NCBI GenBank assembly: GCA_944332535.1
Contig: CALVKE010000038.1
Coordinates: 1-47,469, forward strand
DNA from: an uncultured Bacilli bacterium
GTDB lineage: Bacteria; Bacillota_I; Bacilli_A; RF39; UBA660
Direction: 5' to 3'
Length of the DNA stretch: 47,469 bases
This document shows, in pieces, positions 9,347 to 18,085 of the stretch. The translations under genes and the position numbers were made by a program. How positions within the stretch are numbered: position 1 is the stretch's first letter; each line of letters begins with the position of its first letter. The notes under the pieces were generated by a model. The model was not told the DNA's origin. It worked only from the letters and a program-made list of their open reading frames with translations, and searched no databases.

Positions 9347-9540
9347 TGATTATAATAAGTTATACAAATAAAGTTCATCTTTATTTGTTATCAATAAATT
9401 AATTGATTTTTATCCTTTTATAGTGGTTATTATAATATCTAAAGCGGAATTTAGTCTAAAAATTGAAGTTGTAAGATAAATGTAGACACAAAAATACATG
9501 TCTACATTTTTTGTTATAATAAAATTGGAGGTATAACAAT

Positions 9541-9909
9541 ATGGCAAGAATAAGAAAAGAACCTAATAGGTATTGGTCAAAAGAAGAAAAATTAAAATTA
9601 ATAAAAGAAGTTTTAAATGGTGAATCGTCAGTTCAAGTTGCAAAAAGATATGATATATCTGATGGAATGCTCAGAAATTGGATTATTAAATATAATAAAT
9701 ATGGTGAATCATCTTTAGAAAATAAAAAGAAACCTGGAAATCCTTTATGTAAATATTCAAATAGAAAAAACTTAACAGAAATAGAACAACTTCAATATGA
9801 AAATATGAGATTAAAAATTGAAAACAAACGATTAAAAAAAGGTTACCTAGTGAAAGGAGATGGTACAGTTGTAGTAGTAGACGAGAAAAAGTTTTGGAAT
9901 TCGAAATAG
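9541..9909 (+). CDS. IS3-family transposase OrfA (helix-turn-helix)
   Basis: WSKEEKLKLI...VAKRYDIS...LRNWIIKY HTH and LKIENKRLKK zipper; GGAGGT RBS; TGTTATAAT upstream. Confidence 0.88.
   Translation: MARIRKEPNRYWSKEEKLKLIKEVLNGESSVQVAKRYDISDGMLRNWIIKYNKYGESSLENKKKPGNPLCKYSNRKNLTEIEQLQYENMRLKIENKRLKKGYLVKGDGTVVVVDEKKFWNSK
9834..9841 (+). other. -1 programmed frameshift site (A7G) giving the OrfAB fusion
   Basis: TTA AAA AAA GGT in orfA; the -1 frame reads RLPSERRWYSCSSRREKVLEFEIV without a stop into orfB. Confidence 0.75.
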
Positions 9910-10778
9910 TAGAAACATTAAGTAAAGATTATTCTATAAAATCATTATGCGATATAATGAATATTTCAAGAAGCGGATATTATAAATGGTTGAAAAACAA
10001 AGATATTTTAAATCAATATGAAAGCAATCGTAGAGATTTAGAATCATTAATTAGAGATATACATAAAAGAAAACCAAGTTATGGTTATCATAGAATAAAT
10101 GCTATTATTCGAAGAGAAACAGGATGGGTCGTTTCAGATAATTTGGTACATAAAGTTTGTAAGATCTTCAAAATAAGAAGTAAAGCTAGACACTATTCGA
10201 TTTATAAGAAACCAGGAGAAGAATCAATAAAATATCGTAATATTATAAATAACAATTGGAAAACTTCTCGCCCTTTTGAGAAAATAACGTCCGACACAAC
10301 AATGATTTGGTTTAAAAGACAAAGATATGATTGGACATATTACGTAGATGCATTTGATGATTCTATAATAGGATCAGATATTAAACCTTTTTATCACGGA
10401 GTAAGCGTGTCTAATCATAGAAATGCTTTAAATGATATGTTACAAAATAAAATAAAAAGAGGATATAAAAGCCAAGAAACTATTTTCCACTCAGATCAAG
10501 GCACAATATATTCCTCATTGGCATTTAATAATGCACATAAAGATTATAAAATAATTGGGTCTATGTCGAGAATAGGTACACCAACAGATAATCCAATTAT
10601 TGAATCAAAAAACGGTTGGTTAAAGAAAGAAATGTATATTGATTTTAATCAAGAAGATTATGAAACTGTTGAACAATATATAGAGGCTATTATATATGAT
10701 CATAATTACTTAAGACCCAGTTATGCATTAAATTATAAAACCCCAATTGAGTATAGAAATCAATTGGGGTTTAAATAA
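9894..10778 (+). CDS. IS3-family transposase OrfB (DDE integrase core)
   Basis: ISRSGYYKW, YGYHRI, ITSDTT, FHSDQG, DNPIIES, LNYKTP motifs. Confidence 0.92.
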   Translation: MEFEIVETLSKDYSIKSLCDIMNISRSGYYKWLKNKDILNQYESNRRDLESLIRDIHKRKPSYGYHRINAIIRRETGWVVSDNLVHKVCKIFKIRSKARHYSIYKKPGEESIKYRNIINNNWKTSRPFEKITSDTTMIWFKRQRYDWTYYVDAFDDSIIGSDIKPFYHGVSVSNHRNALNDMLQNKIKRGYKSQETIFHSDQGTIYSSLAFNNAHKDYKIIGSMSRIGTPTDNPIIESKNGWLKKEMYIDFNQEDYETVEQYIEAIIYDHNYLRPSYALNYKTPIEYRNQLGFK

Positions 10779-10880
10779 ATGTTTTTTATTGTCTACTTTT
10801 CATTGACAACTTTATTTAGTCTAAAAATTCACGTTTTTTTAATAAAATAAGCATTTTTATACATAGTACAAATATCCAGC

Positions 10881-10917
10881 AAAAAAAGAATGCGTTCTGT
10901 CATTCACGCACTTTTTT
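10881..10917 (-). terminator. Rho-independent terminator ending the polymer/side-chain operon
   Basis: Minus strand AAAAAAGTGCGT-GAATGACAGA-ACGCATTCTTTTTTT directly after the stop at 10920. Confidence 0.7.
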
Positions 10918-10919
10918 CC

Positions 10920-11816
10920 TTAAAATTCTTCTTGTTTATAGACAGATGGGAAAAAAGGAAAAAACTTATATCGTCCTTTGTCCCAGAAATAGGTATAATC
11001 GAACCCTTTCGAAAACAGGACAGCACCAATGGTGCCACTAGTTCTTCCTGCAATAAAGCAATCACATTTCGATAATAGAATAATTGTCGTTAAATATTCT
11101 AGTCCTTTTAAATAAGCATCATTTTTTCGTTCGAAATGGATTTTCGATAAATAAGATCCTTTTGTATTTGAAAATCGCTTTTGATTACTGTAAATTAATT
11201 TTTTCCCGAAAGCCTTTTGAAATTTTTTTAAAATTTCTTCGTCTTCTGTTGCTAAAAAAAGTTTTTGACATTTGCGTCTTTTCATCACTTTTTTGGCTTT
11301 TTCAATAACTTCTTCTGCCGTTGGTTGCACAGGATGACGGAACGGTTTTAACTGCACATAATCCGTTCCTCTACAAAGTACCCCTAAAACTCTATCTTTT
11401 CTATCTTTTCCAAATAAATTTCTTTCTTCTTTCTCAATGACTTTTCTAGTTCCATAATTCAATCGTATATATTTTTGAGCAATCTTTTTCCAATAATCTC
11501 TTTTTTTCTTATTCAAAAAGAAAGACATCGAATCATTTGGACGATTTCTCGGCACACTTGTTAACTCTTCCCATTTCTTTCCTTCAATATCTTTTAATGA
11601 AATATTCATTGGCTGTTCAAAAAAGAATTCCCAAGCATTCTTGAGTCCTACTTCCCCTTCTTCTAGATAAGCATTGGGGTAGGTTTGCATATCAATCACA
11701 GGAATCTTCCCCTCTTGGATTACCTTATTAATATTTCCAATATTCGTAATCACATAAGAAAAAAGTCCGAGATGATCTCCATATCTTTTAATTACTACAT
11801 ACTTTTCTTCTGTCAT
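10920..11816 (-). CDS. Putative fucosyltransferase (NodZ/O-fucosyltransferase-like fold)
   Basis: GVLCRGTDY, LFLATED and LLSKCDCFIAGRTSG resemble fucosyltransferase motifs I-III. Confidence 0.6.
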   Translation of the reverse strand: MTEEKYVVIKRYGDHLGLFSYVITNIGNINKVIQEGKIPVIDMQTYPNAYLEEGEVGLKNAWEFFFEQPMNISLKDIEGKKWEELTSVPRNRPNDSMSFFLNKKKRDYWKKIAQKYIRLNYGTRKVIEKEERNLFGKDRKDRVLGVLCRGTDYVQLKPFRHPVQPTAEEVIEKAKKVMKRRKCQKLFLATEDEEILKKFQKAFGKKLIYSNQKRFSNTKGSYLSKIHFERKNDAYLKGLEYLTTIILLSKCDCFIAGRTSGTIGAVLFSKGFDYTYFWDKGRYKFFPFFPSVYKQEEF

Positions 11817-11826
11817 GTTCTTCTCC

Positions 11827-13929
11827 TTATACTTCTATTAAAATCCAATCATCTTCGTAAATATCTACTTTTTGATTTGGATTTTGAAACCATTTCGATG
11901 GAGCTATGGTAATTCTTTTTTTACTATCCGTCAAATATTGTGCCCACCAACTAAAAGAAGAATTGGAAATGATAAAATGCTTACAGTGATACATGAGACG
12001 TAATTCCTCATAATTTGGATTATTTCCTTCTATAAATACCATTTTCTCATTCGATTTTAAATGTTCCTTCACCCAAGCAATATCGTCTGAGAAAATAAAG
12101 AACGTAGGATCTTTCACTCTTTTTTTCATCACTTGCATTGCGTTTTGATAATACTCTATTGTACAAACTTGATGATTACTTCCTACATAGTCTCCTCTTC
12201 TAATATGGACACACACGGATGTTTCTTTTTTTATTTTGTCTAATATCTTTTTATTTTGAGGGAGTACTTTCTCTTTTACCCTTAATTCCTTCTTTAAAAT
12301 ATCTTTGTATTCCTCAAAGTATTTTAACGATTGATAGTATCCTACCATCACCTGGTGACGACTAGGACTTTCTTGTAGTTCCATATACCCATCTGGAACA
12401 CAGTAAAATCCAAAATAATTTAGTATTGGTTGCATTTTTTGCATAACTCTAAAACCGTTTTTTCTCTTTCCTAAAAATACGTAGTAAAATCCATAGAGGA
12501 GATAATTCAAGGAACTTTTGATCCCTTCTCTTTTTGTTATTTTTATTTTTTTTGAAATACAGAAATGATTTAATGAATAAACATTATGTGTTTTGTTCGT
12601 AATTCCTTTTAAAGAGAGCTCTCCTTCTATATGGTACTTCAGCATATGACTTCGCAGTGCACAATATTCAAACATTTGGTTTCCTAATCCTCCTGCTAAA
12701 CGCATCGTTACCTTTCTAGAGGAAGAATTGCTATAATGTTCAATTAAGAATAAATAAACGGTAAATTGAAAAAACATGATGAATAAGTAAGAAAGACTGG
12801 CTCCTAATAAGGCATGTCTCGGAATAATATAATAGCATACAAGAATAGCAGAAAAAGCATCTATTATTAGTACCATTAGTTGTGAAAAAGTCTTTCGCAT
12901 CGCTATTAAGACTGCTGAAAAAAAGGAAGATAGTGCGTAAAAGGTAGAAGCTAGTAGAATGATTACTAAATTTATTTGCTGGTTAACTAAGTCAATTCCA
13001 TATAATAACTCTAAGACTGGTTCTCCTAAGAAATATCCTCCGATCATACAGCAACCGCCGCACACTGCAACGAACGCTGAAATTTTAAAAAGAAATACTT
13101 TTAAATCATGATATTTTTTATCTCCTACCATCTCTCCGATTCTTACTAAGAAAGGTTGAATAATATACCCGGCAACCAAAGATAGAAAGGAAGCTGGCAT
13201 AATAATAATTCCATAAATTGCTTGAAGGTCATTCTGTCCTAACAATTCTAATGCATAACGAGGGGCATTTAATAAATATATGGTCAAAAAAGAAAACAAG
13301 AAAGTATAGGTACCATCTCTTAATAAATGGAAGTTGCGTCTCCAAGAAAAAGGAGTTTTCTTGATTGGTTTAGCAGATGGAATATCATAACCTATTAAAA
13401 ATAATACGCCGGTTATCACAATGGCAAGACATGCTAAGACTAGATTTTTCGTTCCATAATTAACGAGGAAAAATACCCCTGTTATTACAACTGCTCTTGC
13501 AAAAAGAGAAATTCCTGCTCTATACAAATTACCATTCTTTTGGGTAATTGCATGGAAAGATTCCATAATTGCATCTAATCCGCGGTATAGTGTTAAAAGG
13601 AATAATACCATTCCCTTTTTTCCATCACACCCCGTACATAAAATAAAAATAACTGCAGCGATGATGGCAATAATATAGGTAAAAAGGCGGTTATAGATAT
13701 AATCGGTATCGGAATACTGATTTTTAATATCTGTAATTTGAAAGGTCTTTCCACAATAAGCTGCAACTGCATATAGAATACATGCTGTTGCAAAACAATA
13801 CGTAAAAATTCCTGCATCTTCGATCCCATTAACTCTGGTTGTAATCATCATGAAAAAAAGAGAAGTGAATCCAAATATCAAAGATCCGATAAAATTCCAA
13901 ATAAAATTCTTTTTCGTTTTCTCTTGCAT
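11827..13929 (-). CDS. Fusion protein: Wzx-like flippase (about aa 1-400) + GT11 alpha-1,2-fucosyltransferase (about aa 405-700)
   Basis: KNFIWNFIGS start and ~12 hydrophobic segments, then RLAGGLGNQMFEY, GYYQSLKYF, VHIRRGDY, IFSDD, ISNSSFSWWA in one open frame. Confidence 0.85.
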   Translation of the reverse strand: MQEKTKKNFIWNFIGSLIFGFTSLFFMMITTRVNGIEDAGIFTYCFATACILYAVAAYCGKTFQITDIKNQYSDTDYIYNRLFTYIIAIIAAVIFILCTGCDGKKGMVLFLLTLYRGLDAIMESFHAITQKNGNLYRAGISLFARAVVITGVFFLVNYGTKNLVLACLAIVITGVLFLIGYDIPSAKPIKKTPFSWRRNFHLLRDGTYTFLFSFLTIYLLNAPRYALELLGQNDLQAIYGIIIMPASFLSLVAGYIIQPFLVRIGEMVGDKKYHDLKVFLFKISAFVAVCGGCCMIGGYFLGEPVLELLYGIDLVNQQINLVIILLASTFYALSSFFSAVLIAMRKTFSQLMVLIIDAFSAILVCYYIIPRHALLGASLSYLFIMFFQFTVYLFLIEHYSNSSSRKVTMRLAGGLGNQMFEYCALRSHMLKYHIEGELSLKGITNKTHNVYSLNHFCISKKIKITKREGIKSSLNYLLYGFYYVFLGKRKNGFRVMQKMQPILNYFGFYCVPDGYMELQESPSRHQVMVGYYQSLKYFEEYKDILKKELRVKEKVLPQNKKILDKIKKETSVCVHIRRGDYVGSNHQVCTIEYYQNAMQVMKKRVKDPTFFIFSDDIAWVKEHLKSNEKMVFIEGNNPNYEELRLMYHCKHFIISNSSFSWWAQYLTDSKKRITIAPSKWFQNPNQKVDIYEDDWILIEV

Positions 13930-13941
13930 GTTGGCCTCCTT

Positions 13942-14904
13942 CTATAAATATAAATACTTTGCAAGATGTTTTAATAGAAATTTAAGAAGTGCATAATATT
14001 TTTTATGAATGATATATAAATATGTTCGGTAAGATATCGGAAGCGTAGAAATATAGCGATTTTGATACCAATTTGGATACTCTTTTTCTACATGTTCACA
14101 AATCTCTTGAATCATTTCTTTGGAAAAATGTTGGTGAAAACTAGCTCGATACGTAGTTCCTATTAAAATATGATATAAATTCATAAATTCAATGTTTTGA
14201 CGATATTTTTGATAAATTCTTTTTTTCTTTGCAAATGATTTTATCTCTTCCATAATTTGATAGATATCAAAAATTCGATCGTCCGCCCTTCTTACTAAAG
14301 ATCCCTCTTGCTGGCGATAATTATGTAAGAATTCATCCACAATGCTAAAACTTTTCGCACTAATAAATACTTCTGCTCCTACTAATAAATCCTCATACCA
14401 AATGTTTTCGGGGAATCTTATTTTATTATCCTTTAATAAACTTAACTTACATAATTTATTCCACATGGCTGGAAATTTTGCAAGATATACATCTTCTTTC
14501 GTCATGTGATGATATGTTACTTTGTTCGGATAAATTCTTTTAATGCTACAAATCGTAAAATCTACATTTTTTTCTTGGATTTCTTGATATAAATTTTCTA
14601 GATAAGTGTCTTCCAAATAATCATCGCTGTCGATAAAGGAAATATACTCTCCTTTGGCTCGATCTAATCCATAATTCCTAGCACTACTGACTCCTCCATT
14701 TTCTTTGTAATAGTAATGAAATCTTTTATCTTCTTTTATTTCTTCTTGAATAATGGTAGCTGTTTGATCGGTACTCCCATCGTCTACTAATAATACTTCA
14801 AAATGGGGATAGGTTTGCTTTTGTATGGATTGAATGCATTCAGCAATATATTTTTCCACATTATAGCATGCAATAACAATTGTAATCTTACTTTTTTTCA
14901 CCAT
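13942..14904 (-). CDS. GT2 glycosyltransferase
   Basis: VIACYNVEKY, VDDGSTD, NGGVSSARN, FIDSDD, WYED. Confidence 0.9.
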   Translation of the reverse strand: MVKKSKITIVIACYNVEKYIAECIQSIQKQTYPHFEVLLVDDGSTDQTATIIQEEIKEDKRFHYYYKENGGVSSARNYGLDRAKGEYISFIDSDDYLEDTYLENLYQEIQEKNVDFTICSIKRIYPNKVTYHHMTKEDVYLAKFPAMWNKLCKLSLLKDNKIRFPENIWYEDLLVGAEVFISAKSFSIVDEFLHNYRQQEGSLVRRADDRIFDIYQIMEEIKSFAKKKRIYQKYRQNIEFMNLYHILIGTTYRASFHQHFSKEMIQEICEHVEKEYPNWYQNRYISTLPISYRTYLYIIHKKYYALLKFLLKHLAKYLYL

Positions 14905-15226
14905 AACACTTTTCCTCTAATAACGCTACTCTTTGCGCTAACTCTGTTATTTTTTCTTGTTGCTCAGAAATTCTCTTGCTGTTTCGAAAGTTGATAAATA
15001 CCAAAAAGATAATACAAAACACAAAAAATAAAGAAGGCGGATAATATACTCCAAAGAATTCTGCTACTTTGTTAATCGAATAAGGAAAAATTGCTAAAAA
15101 TAACATGACGATAGCTGCTATCGTCCACCAAAAGCTTTCTTTGATCGAAAACTTTTTCTTTCGCACTTCTGAAATAATATAAATAATGCTGAGTAGAGCA
15201 ATGATAATAAAATAAATCGTTTTCAT
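14888..15226 (-). CDS. DUF2304-like small membrane protein (GacJ/WpsB-like)
   Basis: Three TM segments, FGVYYPPSLFF, C-terminal ITELAQRVALLE; coupled to a DPM-like GT2. Confidence 0.8.
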   Translation of the reverse strand: MKTIYFIIIALLSIIYIISEVRKKKFSIKESFWWTIAAIVMLFLAIFPYSINKVAEFFGVYYPPSLFFVFCIIFLVFINFRNSKRISEQQEKITELAQRVALLEEKCYGEKK

Positions 15227-15951
15227 CGTTCTTTCACCTTCTTTTTAGGATGTTGAATCAAAATAAATACGATGGTATAAAACATATTCACCATATATCT
15301 TATGGGTTTGATAATGCCACCATGCATGCTTTCTCCTGCCTTTCTAAGGCGCATTTTAACTGGAATTTCTTTAATTTTATATCCTTCTAATAACATTTCA
15401 ATAATTAAATTGGCATCTGGAAATTCTGGATATCCTCCCATTTCAGAATAACGATCGATCACTTTTTTATTGATACACTGAAATCCAGATAAAGGGTCTG
15501 CTATTTTTTCTTTACAAAATAATTTAATCATCCCAGAAAACAACTTAGTTCCGAGTTTCCGAAAAAAAGGGGCTGGATAACCCATATCTTTTAAATATCT
15601 GGATCCAATCGTAATATCATAGTTGCCTTCTTTAGCCGCCTCATATAATTTTAATGCTTCCTTTGCAATATGTTGTCCGTCCGCATCAAACTGAATCACA
15701 TAATCATAATCGTACAGATTCGCATATTTAATTCCCGTTTGCACAGCCATCGCGTATCCCATATTAAATACTCCTGTGATACATTTTACCTTATTTTTTC
15801 TTACAATTTCTTCGGTTGCATCTTTCGATGAGTCATTAATTACTAGAATATCTGCAAAACTAGCGTCTTTTTTAATTTCTTTTAATACTTTTTCAATATT
15901 TTTTTCTTCATTATACGCTGGGATGACAAATAACACCTTTTCTTTTTCCAC
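15223..15951 (-). CDS. GT2 undecaprenyl-phosphate glycosyltransferase (GacI/WpsA-like)
   Basis: IPAYNEE, AVQTGIKYA, QFDADGQH, IGSRY, DPLSGF, MRLRKAGESMH; GTG start with GGAGGT RBS. Confidence 0.85.
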   Translation of the reverse strand: MEKEKVLFVIPAYNEEKNIEKVLKEIKKDASFADILVINDSSKDATEEIVRKNKVKCITGVFNMGYAMAVQTGIKYANLYDYDYVIQFDADGQHIAKEALKLYEAAKEGNYDITIGSRYLKDMGYPAPFFRKLGTKLFSGMIKLFCKEKIADPLSGFQCINKKVIDRYSEMGGYPEFPDANLIIEMLLEGYKIKEIPVKMRLRKAGESMHGGIIKPIRYMVNMFYTIVFILIQHPKKKVKER

Positions 15952-15964
15952 GATGATTACCTCC

Positions 15965-18085
15965 TTATAAAAAATAATGAATAATTGTATTGATTACATT
16001 AAAATGAACAAAAATGATAAGGGCTGTATAAACGAGTCCTATTTTAGGAAAGAATAGATATCGTTTCTTATTACATAATAGAAGGAATGGTAAAATAGCA
16101 ATCGGTAAGAAATATCTTCCTTGTACTCCTTCTGCTACGCTTGCTCCAACAGAGGTCCAGGTTAAATACATTCCAAAAATAGTAAGTAAGAAAATCACTG
16201 CAAATACGCTTATCATTCCGATCTTCTCCCATTTCGTGTATTCTTCTTTTTCTTTGATTAAGAAGGGAGAAAGTAATAAGAGTAAGATATAAATATTAAT
16301 AACCATTCGATCAATAGAAATGTTAAACCAACCGAGTTCTACGCCGAAAAAACTATCCCAGTAAAATGTTGCATTTGTTCCGATCGTATTAATAAATACT
16401 CGCAAAATAGAAAATGGATGCGATAATAGATTGGATAGTTGAGAACCCAAACTAATATTTTTTACTGCGACTTCCTCACTGACCACTTGTGTTGGAGTCA
16501 TTGCATGAAGAATGTATAGTCCAATACATACAAGGATAGATGCAATCGTAAAGAGGACAATTCTTTTTTTATCTTTAGTTGGGACCCATTCTTTTTTCAT
16601 AAATAAAAGAAGAAGACTCAGCAAAACGAGAGGAATATAGACGTATTTCATGCAAGCAACCAATAACATGGATAATAATAGTAATACTTGTTGCTTTTTG
16701 GTCACTTTCTTCTTTCGCTTTAGTAAATATAAGATATAACATATATAGAAAATACCAAACATATTCATCATGGAATCTGCGGATACCGAAATTGCTTGTT
16801 GCAACCACATTGGATTTAGAAAGTAGATTGTTAAAACGAGCTTTCCGATCGGTAATATTTTGATAGAGAAATAAGCAAGTAGTAAGAAAACGATAAAAGT
16901 GAGGATTCTTGCCAAGTAAAATCCTACGAAATAAGGTAGATGAAATACCTTTCCCAAAGAAAGTCCTATAATAGATGGAAGATAGGAAACAATACTATAA
17001 CCAGATGCCGTAGACTTTCCCATTTCGCCATTCGGAGGCGTCAATAGTAGATCATTTAACTGCTGGTAACTTTTTAAATTAGAACTATTATTGTCTTCTA
17101 CTATTTTAGGAATCTCTACATAGGTTCCAGTATCTTCTAAAACACCTTGTGTTATTTTATAGGCAGAAGCATAGTGAACGATCTCATCCGGAACGTGCGT
17201 TGGAGGGAGAAACAAAAGATATCCAAGGCCAATTGGAATCGCAAAAAGAAGAAAATAATCTTCTATTTTACGAGTGTGTCTTGATTCTTGATAAGCTTGT
17301 AGAAAAAGAAGAATTTCGCCACATAATAATAGGCCCCCAAAGCATAAATAAGAAAAGGTAAAATGATAATAAAGGTGGATAATAAACACGTATAACAAAC
17401 CGAGCGATAAGCCACTCAATAAGAAATAAATAATGTAAAAAATAGTTTTTTTCTTAAGGAATGGTAGGTATGAATGAATCTTTTCGTTTTTCCATACCTG
17501 TAAATAAAAATAAAAGCTAATGACAAAAAGGAAGAGGAAAAGTACTAAAATTCCTGCTAAAAACACTGTATCTCCCGTTAAAATGATAGCACTCTGATAA
17601 GGATAATGCTCCTCTTTTATTTCAACGTATTCCTCCCTTTGATTACTTTCTTTTCCATAAATTGCAATTTTTTCTTCTTCTTCGCACTCTCTACACTGTA
17701 GTTCAAAACTCAATAGCTTTCCTTTACTATCTCCTATTTTGTCAAAGGAAAATACGACGTAGGTGTTATCTGTAATATCGTCTGTCTTTAAATCTACTTT
17801 TCGAATCTCCTCTCCCTGGCTGTTTCTTAGAGTGAAATCTAATGTTTTATCTTCTATTGTCTGTTGATAGGTTCCTAATTTTATAGCAATTGAATCTAAA
17901 TTATCTACACTTGAATAAAAGAATTGCGTCACACTATTGTCTTGATAAATATTCGTATAGACCAAATCGTCTGAACCTCGATAATTTTCTACATGATAAA
18001 AGTTGCCTTTCAACAAAATCCCTATTAAGGAAATAGAGCATAAAAGAAATAAGCCAAATAAAATTTTATTCTTATTCTTTTTCAT
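15965..18085 (-). CDS. DUF2142-like multi-pass membrane protein (putative GT-C transferase, GacL/WpsJ-like) with extra N-terminal extracellular domain
   Basis: PPTHVPDEIVHY, SVSADS, KYVY, GVELGWF, EGVQGRYFLP motifs; more than 10 TM segments. Confidence 0.75.
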   Translation of the reverse strand: MKKNKNKILFGLFLLCSISLIGILLKGNFYHVENYRGSDDLVYTNIYQDNSVTQFFYSSVDNLDSIAIKLGTYQQTIEDKTLDFTLRNSQGEEIRKVDLKTDDITDNTYVVFSFDKIGDSKGKLLSFELQCRECEEEEKIAIYGKESNQREEYVEIKEEHYPYQSAIILTGDTVFLAGILVLFLFLFVISFYFYLQVWKNEKIHSYLPFLKKKTIFYIIYFLLSGLSLGLLYVFIIHLYYHFTFSYLCFGGLLLCGEILLFLQAYQESRHTRKIEDYFLLFAIPIGLGYLLFLPPTHVPDEIVHYASAYKITQGVLEDTGTYVEIPKIVEDNNSSNLKSYQQLNDLLLTPPNGEMGKSTASGYSIVSYLPSIIGLSLGKVFHLPYFVGFYLARILTFIVFLLLAYFSIKILPIGKLVLTIYFLNPMWLQQAISVSADSMMNMFGIFYICYILYLLKRKKKVTKKQQVLLLLSMLLVACMKYVYIPLVLLSLLLLFMKKEWVPTKDKKRIVLFTIASILVCIGLYILHAMTPTQVVSEEVAVKNISLGSQLSNLLSHPFSILRVFINTIGTNATFYWDSFFGVELGWFNISIDRMVINIYILLLLLSPFLIKEKEEYTKWEKIGMISVFAVIFLLTIFGMYLTWTSVGASVAEGVQGRYFLPIAILPFLLLCNKKRYLFFPKIGLVYTALIIFVHFNVINTIIHYFL

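Larger units (their letters stand above)
9464..10814 (+). mobile_element. IS3-family insertion sequence (IS150-like organisation), 1351 bp
   Basis: Imperfect terminal IRs TGAAGTTGTAAGATAAATGTAGACA vs reverse complement of right end TAAAGTTGTCAATGAAAAGTAGACA (19/25); orfA/orfB; 14-bp direct repeat TTTAGTCTAAAAAT at 9450-9463 and 10815-10828. Confidence 0.9.
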
